Positions 29,355 through 38,831 of a stretch of 64,000 nt of DNA are shown here, piece after piece. The first letter of the stretch is position 1. Every line of letters begins with the position of its first letter. The stretch is from Kovacikia minuta CCNUW1 (lineage in GTDB: Bacteria; Cyanobacteriota; Cyanobacteriia; Leptolyngbyales; Leptolyngbyaceae). The position numbers were made by a program, and so were the translations under genes. The notes below the pieces were generated by a model. It was not told the DNA's origin, did not search any database, and was given only the letters and a program-made list of their open reading frames with translations. The stretch spans positions 4,348,536 through 4,412,535 of the forward strand of contig NZ_CP083582.1 in assembly GCF_020091585.1 (NCBI RefSeq), written 5' to 3'.

Positions 29355-30635
29355 TTATAGTACCTTCCGCTTCAAGTAGGGTTGCAAGGCTTCAGGAACC
29401 TGAACCGTTCCATCGGGCTGCTGATAGTTTTCTAAAATGGCTGCCATCGTGCGACCGACGGCTAAACCAGAGCCGTTTAGGGTGTGGACGAACTGGGTTC
29501 CTTTCTGTCCTGCCTGTTTAAACCGAATGTTGCCCCGGCGTGCCTGGAAGTCCCAAAAATTGGAGCAGCTGGAAATTTCCCGATAGGTTGCCGCCGAGGG
29601 TAGCCATACCTCCAGGTCGTAGCACTTAGCCGCGCCAAAGCCCAGATCCCCGGTGCAAAGTTCGATCGCTCGGTAGGGCAACTTCAACGCTTGCAAAATT
29701 GCCTCAGCATTTTGGACAAGGGCTTGATGCTCCTGTTCTGAGGTGTCGGGATGAACCAACTTGACCAGTTCTACCTTGTTAAATTGATGCAGCCGAATTA
29801 GCCCACGGGTATCTCGCCCGTAGCTGCCCGCCTCGCGCCGAAAACAAGGCGTATAGGCACAGTGGTAAATCGGCAACTGATCTGCTGTCAGGACCTCATC
29901 TCGGTAGAGATTGGTTACGGGAACTTCTGCGGTTGGGGTCAACCAGAGGTCATCATCACTGCATTTGAAGCTTTCTTCCGCAAACTTAGGCAGTTGCCCG
30001 GTTGCCGTGAGGGATTGGGTGTTAATCAAAAACGGCGGCAAAACTTCCAGATAACCGGCGGCAATTTGCTGATCCAGCATGAATTGAATCAGTGCCCGCT
30101 CTAGCGCGGCTCCTGCCCCAACTAATAATACAAAGCGGGTTTGAGCGACCTTGGTGGCACGCTCCGTATTGAGAATGCCGAGCTTCTCCCCAATCTCCCA
30201 ATGGGGAAGAATCGCGGCGGTTTGAGGTTTGTATTCCTCACCCCAGCGCCGAACTTCGACATTTTCGGTTTCATCTTTGCCGATCGGGGTCGAATCTCCA
30301 GGCAGATTGGGCAACGTTAGCAACAGGGCTTCGATTTGCGCCTTCAGCTCTTTCTCCTGCGGTTCCAGATCACTCAATTTGGCTTTGATCTGGTTGCCTT
30401 CTTCCTTCAAGGCTTGCAATTCTGAATCATCGGGCTTACTACCCGATTTCATCTTTTGCCCGACCAACTTACCGATTTCATTCCCACGTGCCTGGAGTTG
30501 CGATCGCTCCACCTCCAACTTGCGCCGCTGTTCATCAAGTTGCAAGATGGGTTGGATGTCATAGCTGCCATTACGACTGTTGAGCCGCTCTTGCACAAAG
30601 TCTGGTTTTTCTCGGAGTAGCTTCAGGTCAAGCAC
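29355..30635 (-). CDS. serS: Serine--tRNA ligase
   Basis: N-terminal coiled-coil '[14 protein letters not shown]' and class II aaRS motifs ('FRRE...G', '[18 protein letters not shown]'). Confidence 0.95.
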   Translation of the reverse strand: MLDLKLLREKPDFVQERLNSRNGSYDIQPILQLDEQRRKLEVERSQLQARGNEIGKLVGQKMKSGSKPDDSELQALKEEGNQIKAKLSDLEPQEKELKAQIEALLLTLPNLPGDSTPIGKDETENVEVRRWGEEYKPQTAAILPHWEIGEKLGILNTERATKVAQTRFVLLVGAGAALERALIQFMLDQQIAAGYLEVLPPFLINTQSLTATGQLPKFAEESFKCSDDDLWLTPTAEVPVTNLYRDEVLTADQLPIYHCAYTPCFRREAGSYGRDTRGLIRLHQFNKVELVKLVHPDTSEQEHQALVQNAEAILQALKLPYRAIELCTGDLGFGAAKCYDLEVWLPSAATYREISSCSNFWDFQARRGNIRFKQAGQKGTQFVHTLNGSGLAVGRTMAAILENYQQPDGTVQVPEALQPYLKRKVL

Positions 30636-30851
30636 AGATGGTTCTCGGATATTAGAGTTGGATTTTAGATTGAGGATTTTAGATTGCTACAGATAAAAGA
30701 AAGAGGTAGCAACCAATACGTTCCTAGCCTCAATCTGCATTCTCAAATCTACAATCCAGTTATTCATAGATTTAGGATACATCGTTCGTTTCCCGTGTTC
30801 CAGAAATTGACCAGCTTGAGTTCCATCAAGGCTTTGTCGCGGGTTTTGCGC

Positions 30852-31229
30852 TCATGCCCATACCCGTTGAATGGGATAAGCGTCAAATGCGGTATCGGCA
30901 CTTACAATCACAAGGGAATGGTTGATTGCCTGAGCAATTAACATGCGATCAAATGGATCACGATGGTGAAGTGGCAAGTTAATGTAGCATTGCACATCAG
31001 CAAACGAGATCGTTAATTCTTGAATACTCAAGGCAACCATGTTTAGCTGAATGGTCTCTAACGGACTCAGAAGTGTCAACTTTCCAACATTAACTTTGAT
31101 AGCGATTTCCCAAATTGAAGCAATACTAGCGAAGACAAATTCAGTATTTTCTATCTGTTGTTTGATTGAGGCTGGCAACTTGAATTCATTATTGAGAAAC
31201 CAGAGCAATGTATGAGTATCTAGCAGCAT
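30852..31229 (-). CDS. PIN-domain toxin (VapC-like)
   Basis: 'MLLDTHTLLWFL...' with conserved acidic residues, 125 aa, immediately downstream of the small antitoxin ORF. Confidence 0.75.
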   Translation of the reverse strand: MLLDTHTLLWFLNNEFKLPASIKQQIENTEFVFASIASIWEIAIKVNVGKLTLLSPLETIQLNMVALSIQELTISFADVQCYINLPLHHRDPFDRMLIAQAINHSLVIVSADTAFDAYPIQRVWA

Positions 31230-31237
31230 AGACGAGA

Positions 31238-31456
31238 TTACATATAGTCTTTTAGATCTTCAAGTGGTTCATCAAAATCATCAGACATGATAATCATGCC
31301 TTTCATTGTTCCTGCAACACGATATTTTTTAGGAGCATTTTCTTGCTTTGAAGTTTTATCCTGCTCCTCAATTAAAGAATCAATGTAATGAAGCACTTTT
31401 AATTGTAGAGGTTCAGGAAGGCTCTCCAGTTTTTTGAGAATGGCAGGTTGTATCAT
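31238..31456 (-). CDS. Antitoxin (DUF2281-like) partner of the PIN toxin
   Basis: 72 aa, 'LPEPLQLKVLHYIDSLIEEQ'. There are 8 bp between this ORF and the PIN gene, on the same strand. Confidence 0.6.
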   Translation of the reverse strand: MIQPAILKKLESLPEPLQLKVLHYIDSLIEEQDKTSKQENAPKKYRVAGTMKGMIIMSDDFDEPLEDLKDYM

Positions 31457-31478
31457 GACTTTCTCTTCTTTTTGACTT

Positions 31479-32522
31479 CTAAAATGGAACTTTAACTCTA
31501 ACTACTAGCTCGCCATTCCCTTTATCTTCAATACCCTGCACCTTTAACTCTACGCCTTCATTCTCAATGACTAAGTTAAACGAATATTTGAATGCTGACC
31601 AATCAATCCCATTATAAAAAGTCAGTTCAATCATGTCTGGAACTTCTCCAAGCACCACTTTTGCAAGATGAATCTCTTGAATCTCAACTCGTATAACTTT
31701 AGCTCCCCAGCTTTGAGTTACTTCATCAAGCTCGTTTAAGAGGGCAGCATTAACTCCATCTCTAGAGGAAAAGACTTGTTCTAGTTCCAAATAACCTATT
31801 TCAGTACTAAGCTTAGACCGAATGATATTTGCCAGTGCTTCCTCTAAATTCTCAATACCGTAATAGGCTCTGAAAATATCTAGAATTCTCCAGAAAATTA
31901 TTACATTTATGTCTAGAGGAATTCCATCTTTTGTGATACATAATTGTGAAGAAATATCTTGAAGCTGTTCGCGTGTTGTTTCTACTAAAACTGTATCAAT
32001 AAATGGAATAACTATATTAAGACCAGGCATTAGACTGCGCCGATACTGTCCAAGTCTTTCTACTAGAGCTTCAGTTCCTTCCTTAACAATTTTTATAGAA
32101 AGAAATGAGTAAATGATAATACTTATTAAAAGAGATACACCTAAAGAACTGTTAGCAAAACCAATAGCAACAAGGATAATTAAAGTTACCAATAGTATCA
32201 ATGGAATAATTAAACTTTGATAAGATAGCTTACTTTGATATCGCCTACGAATAGATATATCCTTTATATGCTTCTGAACAGCTTGAACATCCTCTTTCCT
32301 AAGCTGGGGTGCTTGCGATTGAATGATTTGGTCATTTTCTTCCCTAAACTGGAGTAATTGCCCTTGAATGGCTTGAACGTCCTCTTCCCTAAGCTGGAGC
32401 GCTTGTTCTAAGCGATATAATACGTGGCGATCCCCGTCTGATAGGGGAAACTGACGTCGCACTGCTGCCAGCAAAATTTGCTCATACGATGCTAGATTCT
32501 TTTGATACTGTTCTCGCTGCAT
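31479..32522 (-). CDS. SPFH/band-7 (stomatin/prohibitin-like) membrane protein with N-terminal coiled-coil repeats
   Basis: 'IVKEGTEALVERLGQYRRSLMPGLNIVIPFIDTV...ITKDGIPLDINVIIFWRILD...WGAKVIRVEIQEI' SPFH core. The N-terminus contains repeated 'LR(E/K)EDVQA(I/V)Q' units. Confidence 0.7.
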   Translation of the reverse strand: MQREQYQKNLASYEQILLAAVRRQFPLSDGDRHVLYRLEQALQLREEDVQAIQGQLLQFREENDQIIQSQAPQLRKEDVQAVQKHIKDISIRRRYQSKLSYQSLIIPLILLVTLIILVAIGFANSSLGVSLLISIIIYSFLSIKIVKEGTEALVERLGQYRRSLMPGLNIVIPFIDTVLVETTREQLQDISSQLCITKDGIPLDINVIIFWRILDIFRAYYGIENLEEALANIIRSKLSTEIGYLELEQVFSSRDGVNAALLNELDEVTQSWGAKVIRVEIQEIHLAKVVLGEVPDMIELTFYNGIDWSAFKYSFNLVIENEGVELKVQGIEDKGNGELVVRVKVPF

Positions 32523-32589
32523 CTGTTACTCTTCTGCCTTCGTGAGTGGTGAGAGGAAGATTGAGTTTTTTTACAGTGATAGCATATCT

Positions 32590-32890
32590 GTTGTTCTGGA
32601 GGGAATTTTCGTTGGTTTTGCTAGAGGGTTTGTTGGTTAGAGGGGGGTGCAATTTGATGAGGGGCGATCGCAATTCGAATGCAACGGCTCGCAATGCCAA
32701 TGTCACTCGACACAATTCGATTGCGGGCGATCGCAACTTGAATGTAATAGCTCCCAATGCCAATGGGATACGATACGATGCGATTGCGATCGCTGACAAT
32801 GGCAATGTGACTCGACACAATGCCATTGTGACTCATTGCAATTCAAATGCGATCGCTGCAATGCGAATGTAACGGCTTACAATGCTGTTA
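32590..32890. repeat. Degenerate tandem/inverted repeat array (two about 63-bp units about 75% identical plus scrambled sub-repeats, several HIP1 sites)
   Basis: Units 'ggcgatcgcaattcgaatgcaacggctcgcaatgccaatgtcactcgacacaattcgattgcg' and 'ggcgatcgcaacttgaatgtaatagctcccaatgccaatgggatacgatacgatgcgattgcg'. A downstream hairpin is 'caatggcaatgtgactcgacacaatgccattg'. Three overlapping repetitive ORFs on both strands were judged non-coding. Confidence 0.6.
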
Positions 32891-32924
32891 CCAAAGATGA
32901 TTGAGCAAGACTCACGCAAAGATC

Positions 32925-32990
32925 CCCGGCTTCTGTGATAAGTAAACTCTCCAGTGCGGAATTTTTACTAGAAGCCGGGGATGTGAATAC
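32925..32990. repeat. Hairpin repeat (agatccccggcttct ... agaagccggggat)
   Basis: Same arm family as the 2972 and 6026 hairpins. Confidence 0.5.
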
Positions 32991-32998
32991 TTTATGCG

Positions 32999-34039
32999 TC
33001 AGTTTTGTTTAGCTAGAAAAACTTGTTCAAGCGCTTGGGTACGATCGAGACGGTAGCCCAACCGAGCCACAGTGTTGCTTTTAATGACCGCTTGTGCCCG
33101 ATCTAAGAGATCTTTCCTCAACCCTGCGATCTCACTGTTGATCAAGAAGGGGTACAAGTACAAATAAAGGATATCGGGCTTATACCCTGCTTTCGCCAAA
33201 AATTGCTTTGTCTTTGAAGATAGGGGATGGTCTCTGGTCAGATCCTCCAGGACGACTCTGCGGTTGCATTTAGTGCCCACGTTTGGAACTTCAACACAGG
33301 CGGATGACTTTTGTTTCATAAACTCCAATGTTGCGATGTTAAAGGGATCTCCTTTGCAAAGCATCAATGTCCGTTTTCCATCATTATCCTTGACGGTTTT
33401 TATTTGATTATCTTTTCGCTGACTCAATAACTTTAAGAACGTAAAGTAATCAAGGGGAGAACCATCCAAATCGGTATAGGTGACATTATAGGAAGCATCC
33501 TCTATCACCAGTTTCTTCTGCCCCTTGTCTTGAATTTCGACCAGGTTAACCACATGGGTTAAATAGCCTGACTTGCCCATGTTTACGGTATAAACATTAA
33601 ACCCATAGTCCCGATATAGCTTTTCTGAAAAGATTGAAGCTCCTCCACACCAAACCCCTCCCTTATCCTGTTTAAACGCAGTGTAGAGTTCAGCCGTTGT
33701 CTTCTTGTAAAAGTCAGGTTTTAGAACCTTTTCGAGAGTGCAAGATGCGGTTGAGTTAACAATATTCTTATATGCCCAGCGACGTAAAATATTGGCTTTT
33801 TGCCAATCGCTAATTTGGGGATTTTTTATCTCAGGATACTGACTGGAAACGAGTTGATTGATCGAGAGTCGATCGCTGGTCAGGGAAGCTTTTTCTGGTG
33901 CTGAATCTGAACTCTTTTGAACCAATGGTGTATTGGCATTGGATGTACATCCTGCCAAAATCGCTAGAAGCAAGACGACTCCAGTTTTAGAAGGAATCAA
34001 TTGATAAAACTGTTGAAATAAACAGATGATTTTCCCCAT
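32999..34039 (-). CDS. Hypothetical lipoprotein
   Basis: The N-terminus '...VVLLLAILAGCTS' is a lipobox. 346 aa with no confident domain. Confidence 0.45.
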   Translation of the reverse strand: MGKIICLFQQFYQLIPSKTGVVLLLAILAGCTSNANTPLVQKSSDSAPEKASLTSDRLSINQLVSSQYPEIKNPQISDWQKANILRRWAYKNIVNSTASCTLEKVLKPDFYKKTTAELYTAFKQDKGGVWCGGASIFSEKLYRDYGFNVYTVNMGKSGYLTHVVNLVEIQDKGQKKLVIEDASYNVTYTDLDGSPLDYFTFLKLLSQRKDNQIKTVKDNDGKRTLMLCKGDPFNIATLEFMKQKSSACVEVPNVGTKCNRRVVLEDLTRDHPLSSKTKQFLAKAGYKPDILYLYLYPFLINSEIAGLRKDLLDRAQAVIKSNTVARLGYRLDRTQALEQVFLAKQN

Positions 34040-34071
34040 TATTTTGAATCGTGCGAGACGACAAAAATTTC

Positions 34072-35175
34072 TTATTCACTGGATGACAAGCCGATCGCCT
34101 TCTTAAGTTGAAACCACTGTTTCCTGAGCTGCCAAAACTTACTGCTTTCCATCGCTGCAATGATTGCCTGGGCGTGGGACAATCCCGCTTCCGCTTGCTT
34201 GAGCTGATTTTGAGACTGTTCCAATTCTGTTTTCAGTTGTTGAAACTGAGATTGGGTTTGCTCAAGTTGTTGCTGACAGCTTTGTAGCTCCGTTTTGAAG
34301 GTTTGACGATTCGCCTGGTCTTGTAGAATCGCTTCGTAGGAAAATGCTGGGAAGTAAATCGGTTCTTCATCCGGTTTTTCGTTCAAAGAGAAGTAAAACC
34401 AGTGCCCGCAGATTGAGAAAAATTCCCCCAACTGTTGTTGTAATTCCTGGGTTTGCGTGGGAGTGAGTTCTGTATGCAGACTGTGGTCAGATGAATGAAG
34501 AGTGAGATGATTTCTAGAGGTGAAGTCTACGATCGCCACTGCCTGTTCCACAGCTGAATTGAGGTGACCCAAAACCAGGCGAATTGAGCCATCGTTATTA
34601 CCGCGCCATAATCGATTTTCCCGATAGGCTCGTTCGGTGCCAGCGTAACGGGTATCACTGATATCATGCATGACGACAAGGTGAACCCGATCTTTGAGGA
34701 GGGGAAGTACGGCACCCAGCACAAAGTCGGCGATCTCATAGCCGTGAGCATCCCAAAGCAGCAAAATGCGCTGGCTGGTTCCCAACAAAGCGGGGACATC
34801 GGTCGCCAGCAGATCTCCGATGCGGGCTTCCAGACAATCAAACCAGGAATCGGGAACAATCTGGGCGACGCGGGGCTTGGTGAGTTCGTCCCAATCGGTT
34901 GAAAGGCAGAAGCTAACGACACGGCAGTTGCCAAGTTGGTTTGCCGCTTCGGTAAACAGGCAGGTAGAGTTGCCACGTCCCCGCCCCAGTTCAATAATTA
35001 AATCGGGCTGAAATTCCAGGGCAAGGGTGAACCATTGAGTCCATTGGCTGAGCGATAGATCGTTCTGCCAGTCCACGGCTTCGCACAAATCCCGCAGGCG
35101 ATCGCTCGATTTTAGTACCTGGTCACGCTGATTCCAGATTGCCTGGGCGGGGGTGACGGGTTTTAGGTGAGGCAT
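34072..35175 (-). CDS. CmcI/cephalosporin-hydroxylase-family putative (sugar) O-methyltransferase, paralog 1, with C-terminal coiled coil
   Basis: 'QPDLIIELGRGRGNSTCLFTEAANQLGNCRVVSF...LLLWDAHGY...HLVVMHDISD' resembles the PF04989-type class I MTase-like fold. This is a family-level inference. Confidence 0.45.
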   Translation of the reverse strand: MPHLKPVTPAQAIWNQRDQVLKSSDRLRDLCEAVDWQNDLSLSQWTQWFTLALEFQPDLIIELGRGRGNSTCLFTEAANQLGNCRVVSFCLSTDWDELTKPRVAQIVPDSWFDCLEARIGDLLATDVPALLGTSQRILLLWDAHGYEIADFVLGAVLPLLKDRVHLVVMHDISDTRYAGTERAYRENRLWRGNNDGSIRLVLGHLNSAVEQAVAIVDFTSRNHLTLHSSDHSLHTELTPTQTQELQQQLGEFFSICGHWFYFSLNEKPDEEPIYFPAFSYEAILQDQANRQTFKTELQSCQQQLEQTQSQFQQLKTELEQSQNQLKQAEAGLSHAQAIIAAMESSKFWQLRKQWFQLKKAIGLSSSE

Positions 35176-35181
35176 GTTGGG

Positions 35182-36219
35182 TTACCGTAATCCAATTTGT
35201 TTTTTGATCTCAAACCAGAGGGTGCGGAGTTTCCAGAATTTGCTGGTTTGAATGGCTGCGATCGTCGCTTGAGCCTGCTCTAAATCGGTTTTTGCTTGCT
35301 GAAGTTGCTGTTGGATTTGCTCAAAGTCCTTCCTGTAAATCCATTCAGGCGTAGCGGGTTCCGTAGAAAAGGCTGGAAAATAAATCGGTTCAGTCTCTGC
35401 CTTTTCGTTTAAGGAAAAGTAAAACCAGTGACCATTTTGCGAGAAAAATTCTCCTAATTGCTGTTGAAGTTGGATAATCTGTTCAGGGCTGAGTTCCTGG
35501 TGAAGACTGTGATCGGCGGAGTGCAATTCCAGATCATTCCGTGAGGTAAAGTCTACGATCGCCACCACCTGTTCCACCGCAGAATTGAGATGGCCCAATA
35601 CGAGGCGGGTGTAGCCGTCGTTATTGCCGCGCCAGAGTGTTTTTCCCTGATAATCCTTTGGTCCTGGGGTGTAGCGGGTATCGCTGATGTCGTGCATTAA
35701 GACCATATGCTGACGGTGGCGTAGCAGGGGCAGTGCATGACCCAAGACATAATCCGCCATCGCATAGCCGTGGGCATCCCACAGCAACAGAACCCGCTGG
35801 CTATTTCCCAACAGTTCATTCATGTCGGTGGTCAGGATATTTCCCAGGCGGGCGTCAAGGGGGCGAAACCAATCCTCCGAGACAACCCTGGCAACGCTCG
35901 GTTGGGTGAACTCGTCCCATTCGGGTGAAAGGCAAAGGCTGACCACGCGACAGTTGCCAAGTTGGTTTGCCGCTTCGGTAAACAGGCAGGTAGAATTACC
36001 GCGTCCCCGTCCGAGTTCAACAATTAAATCAGGCTTGAATTCTAGCGCCAGGGCAAACCATTGCGCCCACTGATACAGTGCCAGATCGTTTTGGTAGTCT
36101 ACTGCGTCACACAAAGCACGCAAACGATCGCCCGCATTCAACACTTGCAGACGCTGATTCCAAAGGGCAATTGCGGGTGTGGTCAACGGTTGGGCAACCA
36201 GCAGCTCACTGAATGGCAT
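35182..36219 (-). CDS. CmcI-family putative O-methyltransferase, paralog 2 (tandem duplicate)
   Basis: About 60% identical to 34072..35175 over the whole length ('KPDLIVELGRGRGNSTCLFTEAANQLGNCRVVSL...'). Confidence 0.45.
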   Translation of the reverse strand: MPFSELLVAQPLTTPAIALWNQRLQVLNAGDRLRALCDAVDYQNDLALYQWAQWFALALEFKPDLIVELGRGRGNSTCLFTEAANQLGNCRVVSLCLSPEWDEFTQPSVARVVSEDWFRPLDARLGNILTTDMNELLGNSQRVLLLWDAHGYAMADYVLGHALPLLRHRQHMVLMHDISDTRYTPGPKDYQGKTLWRGNNDGYTRLVLGHLNSAVEQVVAIVDFTSRNDLELHSADHSLHQELSPEQIIQLQQQLGEFFSQNGHWFYFSLNEKAETEPIYFPAFSTEPATPEWIYRKDFEQIQQQLQQAKTDLEQAQATIAAIQTSKFWKLRTLWFEIKKQIGLR

Positions 36220-36234
36220 GATTTCTTTACCTTT

Positions 36235-37111
36235 CTATTCATTTATCTTTTTAGCAATCAGGAGCAGGGAGCCACCGATCGGGAAAGACACACCGAGCTG
36301 AATTAATTTCCGCTCAATGTTAAGGACGTTTTCTAGGGTTGCATTGAGCCAGCCTTGAATCTTTAGTTCGGCGATCGGATCATACTCTACCGTAGAGTGT
36401 CTTAACTGCAAACGGGAAAGCAGCATCAGCGGCAGCAATAGGGAAATAAATGAAGTTATCCTGACGACTTTGAAGCCTGCATTCTGCACCTTAAGCTTTA
36501 ACTCGCGTGCTAGATAGCGGCGAACATGCCGCGCATGTTCATCTTTCTGACTCCAAAGCCAGCGATGTTGTGGAACTGCCAGTAAGATTCCTCCCCCCTT
36601 GGACACCGCTCGATACATTTCTGCCAGCACAACGGTATCTTCCTTGATGTGTTCTAAAACATCAAAAGCGCCAATCACGTCAAATTCGTTTTCAAATGGA
36701 ATTTGACAGCCGTTCATTTGGAATAATTCAGCTCTCGATAGGCGCTGCTTGGCAAAATTCAAACCCTGAGAAAACAACTCACTTCCGTATAACATCCAGG
36801 TTGGGGAACGCTTGCTCCACTCCAGATAGAACAAATCCAGAACCACACCCAATTTCTAGAAAGCTGGTTGCCTGGGGAAAATAGCGTTGCAAAGACCAGA
36901 CGATTAAGCGATTCCGGGCACGAAACCAGAAGTTTCTTGCTTCCAGATGAAAATACTGGGCAAATAGTTCAACCTCATAACTATCCCCTCCTTCCGCAAG
37001 CTCTGGAGCGAATGCCGGAGAACCGTCGATTAGTGCTGGTTGATACTCACAGGCAGGGCAGATCCAACTTGAGCTGTGGAATCGTTTTTGGCAGCGGCAG
37101 CAAATTTTCAT
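36235..37111 (-). pseudogene. Class I SAM-dependent methyltransferase (Zn-ribbon N-terminus), apparent frameshift near 36785
   Basis: ORF 36779..37111 carries 'CRCQ...CPAC' and 'LEIGCGSGFVL' (motif I). ORF 36235..36852 carries the rest of the MTase fold ('FDVIGAFDVLEHI...GGILLAVPQ'). One extra nucleotide in 'gatgttatacggaagt' separates the frames. Confidence 0.6.
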
Positions 37112-37227
37112 TGGAATCTTCTAACCCAGTAGACAACTGAACGCTCAGCCCCAGGATTTGACCAGAGAAATTAGTGATTGATGCTTGGTAATTGATGCTT
37201 GGGTAAAAGGCGATTCCCCCTTCCCGA

Positions 37228-38479
37228 TTACCGATTAACAACCTGCACTTGCTCAACCGGATTACTCTCAGGCAGGGTTTCGTCTGCCAACCCCCAGTTT
37301 TCGTTATTGAAGATGTTCTCAAAGGTTCGTTTTCCTTGGCGCTGAAGTTTTAGTACGTCCATCACTGCTAATAACTGTTCGTAGGTCATTTTAGGGATTT
37401 TACGAGTTGCCAGACGCTGATCCAGATCTTTTTCTGTTTCCGGTGTCCAGCCTCCCCCATGCTCGATGTGATACATCCGCATTGGGTCTTCTAAGATAAC
37501 TTCCTCAATCCCTGCATAGGCGGCGGTGTAGCAAAAAACAGAGTCAATATGGAAGGAGTACATTTCAAACTCTGCATAGCCGCGCAGAGCGAGCCAATCT
37601 GCCTTAGATAAGAGTGTAAAGTCCCCGCAGGCGTTAGTGTGCAATCGTGGATGGGGGGGGTCCGGTTCTGCGATCGCTGCTTCCAGTTCAACGGCTTCCG
37701 GTGGCGGTGGGGGTTTAACCGCTAATAACTGCTGGCGGATCAGCCAGTCGATCGCATCAGGCGGCAACTGCCTCAAAATTGCATCCTTAATCGAAGTGGG
37801 AAGCAGCTTTTTATATATGTTCCTAAGCTGAGCTAGAGTGGGCAATGCCGCGTCTGGAATTTTTTCTTGCCAGGCTGGAGGAGTGGGCGCGATCGGAACA
37901 ATTTCCTCCTCTGCCTGAGTATCCTTTACCTGAATATATTCCATCCCATCGCAACGGTTAATTCGCAGCAGATTGTGCTTGCAATACTCTAATTGCTCAT
38001 CCAGGGAGCTTTCTAGCGGTACATCAGAGCAGACATCATAGCGATCGAGGCGATACATTTTGCCGGATTCTAGTTGGCGAGATGCTAGAAACTTGAACAG
38101 CTCATCGGAGAAGAGTAGATCAAGTATTGGTTGCGAGGACAAACTCCCCTTGAGCACGCCGGATGCCCACATTCTTGGCAATCATCTGGAATAGGGGCAG
38201 GGCTGCCGCATGGTTGAATTGGCGATGAATATCTGGCGGAACCTCGATAACTCGAACCACACAGGGGCTATTGGGAACCGACCAGGACAACGCTTCTGCC
38301 AATCGAGGCTTGTCTGTAGGGGGATTCCACTCAACAATAATGAGTACAGTGTCTAGCTGGTAGCGGCGACTTTGTTCCAGCAAACCATTAATAAAGATTT
38401 GCATGCGCCGCAGCATATTACCACCGTGGTTATCGTTGCGGGCAGTTGCTACTACCGAAAGGTAGGGAGTATTTGTCAT
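37228..38479 (-). pseudogene. Putative glycosyltransferase (GT-A-like N-terminus), apparent frameshift near 38120-38180
   Basis: The N-terminal ORF 38120..38479 ('LSVVATARNDNHGGN...RAQGEFVLATNT') and ORF 37228..38181 overlap in different frames. The family call is weak. Confidence 0.4.
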
Positions 38480-38831
38480 GGGTCCTCACACCGGGTCGTC
38501 ACGAAGAATCAAGCTAAAGGGAATATTCAGGCTTGCAGTCTCGCCTCGCTCTGGTGAAATCATAATCCAAATGCTGTTAAGTCTAGCGTTCAACGTCTAC
38601 AATCCAAAATTTTAATCAGACTTGTACAGGAAATGGGAATTAGGAGTCAGCTTCCCATATGTTGGGCCTAACCCCAAGCAGAAAATCCGATTCGCTGTCT
38701 GAGCCACGATACGGCATCCTCCTGCAAGCCAATCTGGTATATTCATCCACAATCTTGCTGTTTGGTCAGGCGACTTGCTGCAATGATTTCCCCAGCCAAA
38801 CTTCAGAAACCGAAATGGTATAACGTTTCTT

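Noticed and set aside
32482-32872. Three overlapping ORFs (32482..32826 -, 32546..32872 +, 32621..32836 -) with repetitive translations (for example 'GDRNSNATARNANVTRHNSIAGDRNLNV...')
   Set aside because: They lie entirely on the degenerate tandem-repeat array. They are open on both strands only because of repeat periodicity. There is no RBS or start context, so they were judged non-coding.
32590-32890. Possible CRISPR array
   Set aside because: The repeat units are only about 75% identical and of irregular length, with no uniform spacers and no cas genes anywhere in the window.
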